A DNA stretch of 64,000 bases from Microbotryum violaceum (GCA_001244265.2 CDLV01000005.1:186001-250000), one strand, 5' to 3'. Shown: positions 23,192-34,595, counted from the first letter of the stretch. The notes: generated from the letters alone by a model not told the origin. Numbers and translations are program-made.

Positions 23192-26062
23192 TCAATGTCG
23201 GTACGTGAACCCGGGGTGCCGTGTGCCCAACCTGGCCATCTCCTTCGGCGATTTCCCGTCCAGAATGTGATCCATTTGACCCCTGTTACGGGAGGCGTTT
23301 TGGCGATGTTGCCACCCCCACAATACGATAGTGAGAATCAACAGAAGACACGATGCGCCAGGTTCATGATATTGCCGGGGAGTTGATGAGGGACGTATCT
23401 GAGTGGTTGTTTGAGGATGGATGAGCAGAGGTGATCAGCCGCCGGTCTGCGAGGCAAAGAAGTCGGGTGCTGATTTTGGACTCACTGAGGAAGATACGTC
23501 CATGTCGATAAGAGACCACCTAGGCAGTAGAACTAAGGAGAACCGCCGCCGGCCTGACCGGGGTGCACGGCTACGTTGACTTCTACTTTCTAATCAGTTT
23601 ACCGCCAAGTACCGTCATGGTAATCGCTCCCGCTCGTGCAGTATCGGAGGTCGTACTGATGGCCGACCACGTGTTGCAATTGCTGACAAGGGCGAAGCAG
23701 CCGGAGGCGAGGAGGAAGCATGCGCTGTAGCGGATTGAGGCGTTGTCGCTGACGACGAAGAGTGCGTAACCTATTCCATCAAAGAACTCCTTTTCAGTGA
23801 CGCGACCTTGCAGTGTTCCGAACATGATACACACCGGCACTCACCGATGAGCATCACAGGAATCGTCAAGGACCTCCACAGCGCTCGCTTCTTTGTCTTC
23901 CATGAAAGGTAAGGCAAGAGGATCGTGGTCGCAACTCCAACCAAATAAGGTGGCACCGTTCGGATTTAATGAGGTCGACATCTCGGGAAAGATCTCTTCG
24001 GTGCTCGAGGGAAGATGAAACCTGAGCCCTTGAACGATGAGGTTGTCGAACACGAAGAGAAGTTCTCTGTGGATTGAAGCTGTGGTGCCAGAAGATAACA
24101 ATGTGAGGCCTTCGGCCAGTGTAGGTTGAGAGTCCCTTGGCTACGTACTCAAGTTGAACATACCATCCAGGAAAAACCTTGCTTTGAGCGCATCGACCAC
24201 AACCAGTGCGCCGACGTCTGCACTCTTGGCCGAGCGGCGCAGAGCGTCTTTTCCTCCGCACTCTACCACTACATTATCGACCAAGTAGGCATAAGTTGTC
24301 ATTTCAAGGAGCAATCGCATCACGACACCAGCGGGGAAGGTCTGGACCAAGGCCATGCAGTGGCCAGTGAAAACAGGCCAAAAAGGAGTGACAGGTTGGG
24401 GATGAAGGTGGCCGGTATGGTATAGCAAAGCGGTCGATCAAAGATGATATGGAATGATAAGAGAAAACGATGGAACCGAGACCGAAGACGAGAGACGAGA
24501 GACGAGAGACAAGAGAGAGAGAGCGACCGGAACGGCCGAGAGACGAGAGACGAGAGACGAGAGACGAGAAAGGGGCCCAAACCGAGAAACGAGACCGAGA
24601 ACGAGAACAAAACGCTGAGACTGGAGACTGGAGACGAGAGACGAGGCCGAACGAGACTTGAAACACGCAGAAAGGAAGAACCAGCTAAGCTGCTGTATTG
24701 GATCCTAGAAGTGGTCTACCTAAAAACAAGAAGCAAACTCTCCTCAAACGTTCCGACCATTCAAACCGCTGCGCTCCTTTCATTCCCCTTCATCCCTTCA
24801 ACCGCGCATCCGGCCCCACTCAAATCCCGCCACATGATTCGTCGCTGAAAGTCAAGCCTCGAGTCACCGAAGTACTGAGTTTATCCGGGACCGCTGAACC
24901 GCTGAGAAATCTGCCAAAACCGGCGTTTTGGCCCTGCCCGGACTAGGGAAACTGAAACGACTCCCGATTCGGCTCTCGAAACGACTTCGGAACTCGACCC
25001 TGCTTCAACCGAAACGACTTCGGAACTCGACGCTGCTTCGATCGAAACATTCCGCTACAGCCGCTGCTTCCGACGGAATCCCGAGTGTCAAGGATAGCTG
25101 GTTTCACCGTCCTCATCCGATTACAACATCTAAGTTGGTTCTTGGGATTGAGCCCAACGTGCCTTCATTTGGCCCGTTGGTATCTCAATCTCCCAGCTCT
25201 AATTGTCTCCTTAGTTCCTCTATTATTGCAGCGCTTTACTAGTTAGCCTTCCGCAAGTCTGTCCCCTAGTCTCTGGCCACTCTGTTCTTGTCCCTGTTCA
25301 TTGGACTGAGTCGTGGTCATCATCAGATTCCACTAGAGAACAAACCGTGAAACCGAGTACCACAGACCCCGCTAAAATGACGCGATCCCGCTACAACCGA
25401 AATGACTCCTGACGGATCCCGCTATGTCCGAAATGACTCCGACGGGATCCCGAGACAACCTGAACCCGGCCCGCTATGTCGGAAATGTCTCCGACGGGAT
25501 CCCGGGTACATACCACACCGGTCCGGCGATCTTGCACACGTAGTTGGAGGGGAACTAAATATCTCAAAGGTCATATAGACCGAGCTCAACAAGATGTTGT
25601 AGTCGTATGTTCCGGTCATGTTGAGGTCAGCCTCGAGACCAGCGAGGCGCGCACTGCAGGACAAGGTCCCGAAAGATGTGAGTACCGAGATTAGAATTTC
25701 AAACTCCCTGAGCAATCCACACACATGCCAATGTTTGTTCGATCGTTGACGCTATGCTGTCTTGGTAGTAGATCAGAGAGCAGACCGAACTCTTTTCGGG
25801 CACTCACCAAAGCAGGTGATGGATGGCCACGGTGAAGATCAAGCTTCCACCGAAGTTCCGCTTCCGCCTTTTCATCGGCGGCAATCAACGAGTTTACGTG
25901 AATATCCGTCGCCTCAAGTCCCTCCAGTGCAATCGAGTGGACTTTGAGCGTGAATGGAGACGGTATGGATGTTAGTATCTCTTTGGTAGGGTTCGTGACT
26001 GGCCGTCGCGAATGCTCGCTCACCTTTATGGAGTTGCAGCTTGTCCGATCAATGATCATCAC
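23192..26062 (-). pseudogene. Dal5/allantoate-family MFS transporter pseudogene interrupted by a solo-LTR-like element
   Basis: N-terminal DRTNIG..ARLAGLEADL, then PATFIPNLSLLFGLFSLATA, PPYLVGVATTILLPYLSWKTKKR and GYALFVVSDNASIRYSACFL. C-terminus DHILDGKSPKEMARLGTRHPGFTYRH* at 23192. Multiple frameshifts. Confidence 0.85.
24416..25517 (-). mobile_element. Solo-LTR-like long element in the full-length MFS pseudogene
   Basis: CCGG TSD at 24412-24415 and 25518-25521. Near-identical to 2604-3710 except for the GACGAGA repeat count. Confidence 0.87.
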
Positions 26063-26427
26063 TGCGATAACTCGGAGGCGGTGTCTAAATCGCTAGTAAT
26101 GACCGTGCATCAGCTTGCGTCGTCTTTTACGAATTTTCGGAGTCGGTGTCTCACGAGATCATGAAACCCAGGCAGAGGTGAGGGCTGGCCGCTAAAAACC
26201 AATTGAAACTCGTTCTCATACTTGGATAAGCCCGTCGCCTCGGAACTCATCTCCGAGCTTCGTGGCAACGGCTCGAGCTCGAGGAAGGCTCTTGGTGCTC
26301 AAACGGCAGGGCCACTACCATCTAGCTCAATATTTTCATCGTGGCCAACCCAACATAGATCGTCACTCTAGGCTGTAGCTTGCTCGTTCTTGATCGCGCA
26401 TCGCCGCTGTCGGCGCAACTGAATTTA

Positions 26428-26847
26428 ACCGTGGCTGCAGTGAGTATCTTGACTCCTGTCTCTGCGGAAATGCCGGGTATTGATCGTATTACCTCCATTC
26501 CTTCAAGCTAAGTTCCTGTCAAAGTCGACTATACCGACCTCTTCCAATCATGGCTTTTCTTAGGGGCGACCTCGTGGGATGCGGGGCGCAAGATTACTTG
26601 GGGGAGCGGATAGCTACTCGGGCCGGCTCTGGACCGAAATGTATTGGTGGTACGAGGACATGCAAGCGTTTGAGTTCCACCTCCCCCTCTCTTCTTGCAC
26701 CTTCCCATCACTTCAAGAAGAGCCCGGAAGTTTGATGAGTGGGTTTACTGATCATCTCAAGATGCGGCCGGCAGACTTCCTGCGCTTGGTACTCGAGCAC
26801 GGACGAGTCTCGAGCGCACACGGTTCGATTATATTACTTCAGTATAG
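26428..26847 (+). pseudogene. More degenerate copy of the GT90/CAP10-like 3-prime fragment
   Basis: Homologous to 4620-5038 but with TAC>TAA, a frameshift and many substitutions. Confidence 0.75.
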
Positions 26848-27160
26848 GCGTCGGAATCGTGGCGTTCCTCTTTTATCCGTCTGCTCTTTCTCGTCTTGCA
26901 ACAACGTGCGTGCTGCAGTAGCCTCCCGGTGTCAAAGCCAGGTATCCCCTTTCGGGTCTTCGTGTCACAGGAGACATGCCGAAACTGGCGCTCTTTTCGC
27001 AACTAGTCTTGTTCTAAGACAAAGTCTGACATCGTGTCATTCGGCAGAGACACTTCTCCCTCCTACCGGTTTCTTCCTTCTCTTTTCCTCGGTCAGTTTC
27101 AGATACCACAATCAGTTACCTCACAACAGGGTCATCAGATCCTTGGGCTTCGACAAAGGC

Positions 27161-28445
27161 ATGGCGCTCAACAGCCGCTTCCGTGCGATACCCCTCCTCT
27201 CGGCCCTTGTCGCCCTCGTCAGCTTGAGCCTTCTTTCAGTCAACGCCGCGCCTCCTCCCCCACGGCCGCGCTCAGTGATAGCGAACCTAAGGGCTACCAA
27301 GGATTGGGATTCTACGACGTTAAGGATGGTGGGGGCAGGTGGCTGACGGTGAGTGCAGTTGCTTGAGGCCGTTCCCGTGAACCCCAGCTCCAGGCAGCGT
27401 GGCGCTCTAGGGACGCCGAACGCGGCGCACAGGTCGTTCGCATGTGACACGCCGGAGAGGGTCCGAACTCGTGCCGAGCTTCTCATTCACTCTGAGCAAC
27501 GACGCTGATTAAGTCCATATATGTACTCGATCGATCCGGAAATAGAACGCGAAAGTCGAGGGTGATCCCACTCTCGGCGAACCCATCAACATCGTCGTCT
27601 CCGGCAACTCGGATTCTTACATCCTGACCGAACACGGCTTCCAAGATTGGAGCTTGTCGATTCAATACGCGATTCAACCCGACGATATCACACTCGGTGG
27701 GAAGCAACTCGCCGACCTCGGCGATGGGAACGGACCACGTGAGTGCGGTCGTTGGACGTCGTAAGGTGTCAATCAGGGGGTTCCAGAGCCGGGACCTCTT
27801 GCATTCCCAGCCATGCTAATGTTTATTGGTACGATTAGAAAATCAAACCGACCTGCTTCGATACGATTACAATCAACCCAAGCTTGGCTCAGGTTTGGAG
27901 ATTATTTACGGTGGCTCGCACTTTCGCTACTGGCAACAGAACGGCCCCAAGGCAAACTCCAATGCTTGGTTCCTCGCCGCCTCGGTCGAGAAATCGCTTG
28001 GCGAGGGACACAATATTGTACCCAACGGATACGATCGTGGTCGGGACGAACTCGTAGGCAACGCAACGCAGGGAGGCTCGGGCAACACAACGATTTCGCC
28101 TTTAACACAAAATGCCTATTCCGTAACGAGTAAACTGATTCAGTTCCTTCCCGCCAACTCGAGCAAGGGTATCAACCACGGCATAGCGACCGACGGTAAC
28201 GTGGCGATCTTAACTGTCAAGCTCCTAAACCCTACTACCCCTCCGAGTCATACCGGTCAGCCGGCCGGGTCGTGAGTGCTGCCTTCCGGCTTCTGGAAAC
28301 CCTTGGCAGAAAGACTTGATCCAAACTCCGACTTCTTTTTAATTACAGTATGGCCTCAGTGCTGACTTTCATACCCCTTCAAGCCAAAACACTCATCATC
28401 GCTACCACCGTTCTTTCCATCGCCTTCGTGTTATTAGAACTCTGA
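27161..28445 (+). CDS. Chimeric secreted/GPI family member (exons 27161-27348, 27546-27738, 27839-28271, 28349-28445; one homopolymer frameshift at C5 27257-27261)
   Basis: The 5-prime part is near-identical to the array gene but inverted. The end of exon 3, intron 3 and the GPI exon (SMASVLTFIPLQAKTLIIATTVLSIAF) resemble the gene at 21575-22920. The last codons VLLEL* come from the adjacent LTR. Confidence 0.8.
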
Positions 28446-29610
28446 GGCCCAGGCTCTTGAGGCCCAGGCACGAGACATGTAAATATGAGAGCCAGAGACT
28501 GTAGATAGGATATTTTTAATCACACGTAAACTTACCTGAAACCCAGACACAAGACCCAGGTACAAGATACGTAAGTATGAGAGCCGAAGATGATAGATAA
28601 GATGGTCGGAGAGAAAGAAGAAAGGCTATGGAAGCGCGCGCGAGCTAGGCTGGAGGCGCGAAAGGCCGCTGATGTCTAAAACTGGTAACTGATCATGATC
28701 GGGACTCTTTAAATGAGATGAAGCAGCATTATACTCTCTGGCTTCTGCCAGTGTGCGTAAAAGCATTCCCTCCGACTTTTCCGAAGGTTTCTAGGTATTG
28801 ATATAATTATCCTGTTACTGAAATCTACCAAACCCTTCCCCCCCCCCCCCCACTGCACCCTGTAAACCGAGGTTCTCTCGGTGAAAGAGGAACGGCTTGG
28901 GGCCTAAGGCTTCGGTAAAAATCGTTGCTTGGGCGCTGGGGAAGAGCGAACGAACCTTGATTGTCACCGAAGAGGACGATAGCCTGAGGGCCGGAGACCG
29001 AAGCGCCAACGGAGTTCGGCCACCGCAGGAGCTTGTTGAGGTGGATAGCGTCACCACTCGTGTACGACAGAGCGAGGTATTTGGCGTCGGTACTCGACTT
29101 AGCAACCCGATGCTCGCGTTTCGAGCACCAAGGCCCAAGCGATTGCAGCTCCGGAAAGCAAGAACGCGTTGCCCATGGTCGACCGTGAGGTAGTCAGGCA
29201 GGCTTCCCAGTTGATGTCGGAGTACCCATGGAAGTCGTCGCTAGTCTTGCGATAAGTCAGGCCTAAGTCTAGGATACTAGCGAAGGACCTGCTTGATGGC
29301 TGCCCCAATGCCCGGGACCCGGTTGCGGAGAGAAGCGAGCGAGGTAGCTGACCACGACGGCGAAATTGGGTCGAACCTGGCTAGTCCTGACTGCGGCGTA
29401 GACTGCCAGGTTCGATTCCTTCCAGCCTTTCTCTTCTTTTGTTGATCATTTCGGATTCTTTGTTGAATGTCACGAAGATAGCGCTCTTACGAAAGCGTGA
29501 TGGAACCATCTTGGCCATGCTTGACTTGGATACAGAGTATGTATTCAACTTGTCCCAGGCGTTTGATGCCATAGGCCAGTTCCAACGCATTCAGCACCCG
29601 GTCGAACCGT
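28429..29610 (-). mobile_element. Truncated Ty1/copia retrotransposon remnant (RT/RNase H fragments, PPT, putative 3-prime LTR 28429-28830)
   Basis: Minus strand reads [82 protein letters not shown] and [10 protein letters not shown] purine tract (plus-strand C-run 28833-28851) abuts a TG...CA segment 28429-28830. Confidence 0.85.
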
Positions 29611-30736
29611 GACCACGCAAAGCGCACACCAGCGTCGTCTTCGTCAATCACAACATCTTCGACTCTGGCCAACGGGCCAAAAGATGTCTTCGCTCCTTAT
29701 GACGGCGCTCATGACACCAAGTCCATCGTCCAAAAGTTTTCGAAAACAAAGCGGCAGCGCCACCGGTCCGACTTGACTGACCAGGAGAAGAAAGTCGCCG
29801 GCCTTTGGTTTCAGGAAATGTTCTTGGAGAACATCCGCGACGGCCAAGGCATATGGCGATCGAAGAGATCGCTCTATGACCAGTCGGAGACTTTTGCTGC
29901 TGAATACAACAAGAGCGGGCGGACAAATCGAGTGGTCAACGAAGATTGCAGATCTGGTACGGATAGCGATTAAGCCCGGTGATAGCGGTACGTCTCCTGC
30001 GCTGACACTGCACATGCTGTTCTCGAGCAGATCGTTTCCAAGAATCTTGGGGTCCTGAATATCATCAAAAGAGCGGCTTTGAAGTGCACGTACAAGGCGT
30101 ATGGGCTGGACCCCGAACGACTACCCGCAGCAGCCGCCGAGAAGGCAACACTGCATCTTCAGAACACTCGATGGGCAGCAAAAGAGTTGCGGTGCGGTGC
30201 GGGAACGGTGAGTCGGTCATCAGTTATCTGTTTACATCGACGCAAAGTTTCGGCCGGGTTCCAGTATTCAGGATGCTAAGACTACATCTTCCACCGCAGG
30301 GAAGGTCCAACCTGGATCAATGCGCCTTCGAGCCCGAGGAGGATCTTCAGAACAATCTCCTGTACGAAATCTTGGTCCAGATCTCTGCGGGGATTATGCG
30401 AGACAGATCCGCCGCATTACAATGGCCAGTACGAGGTCTCGATCCCAGCAACGACTTGGAGGACCATCGCGAGCTAGCATTTGCTCTCGTTACTCATGCA
30501 TATGCAGGAGTAAGTCCCTATTTTGTTTGCGCTGCATCATGTTTGGATTGACCTGATCTTTGCATCCTCTTTACACAATCGTCGAAACGCTAGATTCGAT
30601 ACGCCATGCAATAGCTCATCCCACCACCACCGAATCCGGGCTCGTCTGATAGGGATGCAAAGGAGCCGAAGCAGACTGTCTCGCTGTGGCACGAGTTCTC
30701 GGCCACGCACTAGTATCAAGTCTAGAATCTTGGCGT

Positions 30737-30841
30737 CTGATTCGAGGTGATTCAATACGTTAGAACGCTCAGTTAACTCTTGCAATGATACCGTGAATAC
30801 TACTGACCTGATTCGAGGTGGTTCAATACGTTAGAACGCTC
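30737..30841. repeat. 34-bp direct repeat pair separated by 37 bp
   Basis: CTGATTCGAGGTG(A/G)TTCAATACGTTAGAACGCTC at 30737-30770 and 30808-30841. Confidence 0.9.
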
Positions 30842-31728
30842 GAATCAGAAGGAAGCTAAGAGAAAGCCCGCGCGCGCTCGCGCTCATGTAGCCTGCAGAG
30901 TGTACTCCTCAAGTGTCAACTCAACATCAAGGCCATGTCCAATCTATCTTGCGAAGACGTCGAGGGGAAGGACGCGGGGCACCTTACTCAGATGCTGTGC
31001 AGCTTCGATTTACTAATCGCGTGCAGAGAAGCGTGGCAGTTGCGATTTTGGGTGAAGCTCCCGGTGGTGCTGGGCGGGGATCGACGTCCCGAATCGTCAA
31101 CCCGGAGGCTGCCGACCTAATGAGGATGACGGCTCAACAGACTTTCAATTTTGAAGAGTCTTTTTTCGGTTGGTTTTATACATATCTCACTGCAATGTAA
31201 CGTACTGGTTGCTTGGACAAGAGTCGCAAATTGGCATTGCATAGTAGCGCTGAATTAGCTTACAGGGTGCGAGCACCGCATAACGCGCGCATACGCGCCA
31301 GCTTACAGGGTATACAGAGCGCGAGCACCGCATAACGCACGCGTTCTTAAGCCGCCACTAAGCACCCTTATGCGATTTGTAGATCTTTCCGCAAGCGGCA
31401 GAAAGAGCCCTCGAAGCACAAGATCGTCGCAGTGATCGACGAGACAGGAGCGAACGTCTCGTTGTAGTCAATCCCCGGTCGCCAGAGACCGTGCATCAGC
31501 TCTCTAAGCCGGTGTCTTATAAGATCATGAATCCCAGGCAGAGGCTAGGGCAGGCCTCTAATAATCAATTGAGGCTGGTTCTAATGCTGGTTCTAATGCT
31601 CGGATAAGCCCGTCTCCGCGCTTCGCAACGGCCCGACGATCGTCCCGCCCAAGTCGAGCTCGAGGAAGGCTCCTTGTGCTTGCACGGTTCCCGTAACGGC
31701 CCCTACCATCCAGCTCGATATTGTAATC

Positions 31729-33040
31729 ATGGCGAACCCAACACAGATTGAATCGTCCTCACACCAGGCCGTAGCTTCCTCGTCCTCGACCGTGCATCGC
31801 CCTTCTCCACTGTCGGCGCAAGTGTCGTCGTCGCCGTCGTCGCTCATGTCGTCGTCTCCGCAAGAGCAAGAGGAGATGGCCGAGCTCGAGCGGTATCGAC
31901 AGCAGGCGCTCATCAATCAGATGCATCAGACCCATCTTGGAGGCAGGTCATTTTCGGCTGCTGGAGCTGTAGGCGGCGGGGCGTCGTTCGAGCCGTTCGT
32001 CGGGTCCAGGGTCGGCAGTCCGATTCCCGACACTAATGGTCTTGGATGGCCAGGTCAGTGAAATCAAAGTACTTTTTCGAATTTTGGAACGCGGCTCACA
32101 CCCTCACGTCTGCCTCGAAATCCATACCTTGCATTCGGTCAAAATTTGGCGCACGTGGGGCTCCCTTACGGGGTACTCCTCGACTCCTCCAGGCAAAGGA
32201 ACACTGGCTCGCATCAACTCAACCCCCGCCGAGACGCTGGCAAGGGAGCAGAAACTCGCTGATGCCGTCAGGACCTTGCTCGAGTGCATCGGCGAGGATC
32301 CCGACCGGGAGGGGCTGAAAAAGACCCCTGAGCGGTACGCCAAAGCACTCCTGTGGATGACCAAAGGCTATGCCGAACGACTTCCCGGTAAGTCGATGCA
32401 AATCTGGCTGGTATTAGTGATGCTCGTTAGACTGATCAGGGTCATGCTTCCCTTTTTGCGCCAGACGTGATCGGAAATGCAATTTTCGCCGAGGATCACG
32501 AAGAAATGGTCATCGTGCGAGACATCGACGTCTACTCCCTCTGCGAGCACCACATGGTCCCTTTTGTTGGCAAAGTAAGTTCAGAAGCTGATGTGGTCAC
32601 GGCAGATTTCGGTCGTTGACTGATCTCATCCTCTGCTCAGGTCTCGATTGGCTACATTCCCAACAAATTCGTTCTCGGTCTCTCCAAGCTGGCTCGAATC
32701 GCCGAGACTTTCTCGAGAAGGCTTCAAGTGCAAGAGCGGTTGACGAAGCAGATTGCCATGGCTATTGATGAAGCGATCAGGCCGATGGGTGTTGCTGTTG
32801 TGATCGAAGCGACGTGAGTGGAACCCCGCCTCCTATCTTCCGCCCGAACCGGAGCGGACTCATTACGTAGTTGAAATTCATCTCGCGTTTCTTCTTCATA
32901 GACACCAATGCATGACGATGAGGGGCGTCCAAAAACCTGGAGCGGCGACAATTACCTCGGCGATGCTAGGCGCGTTCCGAAGATCTGACAAGACGAGGGC
33001 CGAATTCTTGTCCTTGATCCGATCACAAAGAGCGACATGA
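31729..33040 (+). CDS. FOL2: GTP cyclohydrolase I (exons 31729-32053, 32193-32387, 32465-32574, 32641-32813, 32902-33040)
   Basis: [77 protein letters not shown]. Canonical introns. Confidence 0.97.
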
Positions 33041-33314
33041 CCCGAGTGTCTCGCCCTGTATTCGCTCTTGATGATCAAACATTCCCCTTCTTTCTTCACT
33101 CTCGCAACGCAATATTGAGATGGACCTTTCAACGGGTTCTCTCCGGATGTTTCACCTTTATTCAACTTTTTCCTTTTTCGCGCATGCTCATCTTGTCGTA
33201 CATCAACTGTACCCCCTGTTTCTCTTTGGCTCTTCCATATTAGGTCAACTCGCAAATTCGTCGTTCAGTGCCACTGCAAAACTACCTTTTGTTATCGTCT
33301 ATCCTACCACGCCT

Positions 33315-34277
33315 TCACTGATACATCTGTACGTCCTTCATGTGCCGCTCGAACATGGCACCCGACACTCTTTCGAAATTAAAGGACGGTTAAGAGATTC
33401 GGTCATCCACACCTCGATTCGAACAATAGTGTCTCAACACTTACGGACAGCCCTCCCCCAATTCTTTGGCCATGTCTTCCGAATATTCTCGCCTGCCTAG
33501 GCGCCTTCAACACGATCAGAGTTTATCCTTCCACTGAAGTCGATTTAATTTCAGAGACTTACATAACAGGTTGAGTTGTCGGATCAATGTTGCCCAAGTC
33601 GATCAAAGTCCCCAATTGCAATTTCTCTTCGAGACCTAGGACCTGAGAGAATCGTTCAAAAGCTGGCGATGAGACGCAACGTAGTTCGACATCACAGCAG
33701 TCACTGGTACCACGTACTGCGCTTCTGGGTTGATGCCACAAGAACACCTTCCGGTACACGTTGCGGTTCCTGACGTATTCGACCTGGACAGGTTGTCCTT
33801 CTCCCTCGGGTGTTCCTTCGGGTATAGGCGCGGGAATAATGTGTGGCATCGACAAGGCGATGTCCGTCGTCGTAGGCTCGAAGTTCGAATCCTTTTTAGG
33901 GTGGCCGTAAGTATGTCGAACCACCTGAAAAGTGAAGAATGTTGACACATCGTTATGAAGTCTTAAATGAAGTATTCAGGGCTACGAGAAAGGGTGGGGG
34001 GGGGAGGGGGGGCACGAACCGCACTAGCCCATTTCGACGTGTTCGTCATGCTCTGAAATGCGTACATGACGTAGCTCGATATATGGTCCCGAGGTTCGTG
34101 ACGATAGTAGACCGTCTTGGAGTAGTTCTCCGGGTTGATGAGGTAGGGTTGCGCGAGTTCGGCGATACGTTCGGGTGACGGAATCTGATAGGTGAAGGGA
34201 GGCTCCAACGACGGGGCCGCACTCGCACAATAGGAGAGGAGACCGAGGCAGAGGGGAAGGATGACACTGGCTCGCAT
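33315..34277 (-). CDS. Small secreted protein of unknown function (~195 aa, about 5 exons)
   Basis: Signal peptide MRASVILPLCLGLLSYCASA. Exons join through GT-AG introns (...SKWASA|VVRHTYGHP...HQPRSA|VLGLEEK...QPVM|QARIFGRHGQRIGGGLS|MYQ*). The 3-prime exons are tentative. Confidence 0.65.
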
Positions 34278-34595
34278 CGAATCAATTGTCTATGGGTTTC
34301 ACTCAACGGTCAAGGAAGCTGAGGTGCAGGTTGGAGGAGATGAGTCACAGCATCAGCGATCCCGGACCGCCTCGATTGCACGCTACGTGGACAGGAGCCG
34401 GCGCCCGTGAACCTGAAACATGTCTGAGTTTCCCCGAGCACCAATTCAGCCCGTACATGATCTAGAATTGCAGGGTTAAGGTTTTATGTACGATATGCAC
34501 TTAATACTATATACGAAACATATTTGCTACGAAAATATGCCTTACAGAACAGAGGCTTCTCGGAGCGTCCAGAGCACGAGTTACGAAAACATACC

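Noticed and set aside
26579-27346. 255-aa ORF joining the GT90 fragment to the secreted gene
   Set aside because: It begins at a non-ATG codon, reads through intron and promoter sequence across the inversion junction, and is probably fortuitous.
29371-29420. GGTTCGATTCC (tRNA T-loop/B-box-like) inside an 11-bp hairpin
   Set aside because: No cloverleaf or A-box could be built, and it lies within decayed copia RT sequence.
30737-30841. 34-bp repeat, 37-bp spacer, 34-bp repeat, resembling a mini CRISPR array
   Set aside because: Only two repeats, no cas genes and eukaryotic intron-rich context; a simple local duplication is the better explanation.
1-31000. Helitron or telomeric origin for the accessory region
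   Set aside because: No convincing TC...CTRR termini with hairpin, no Rep/helicase motifs and no telomeric repeat arrays were seen.
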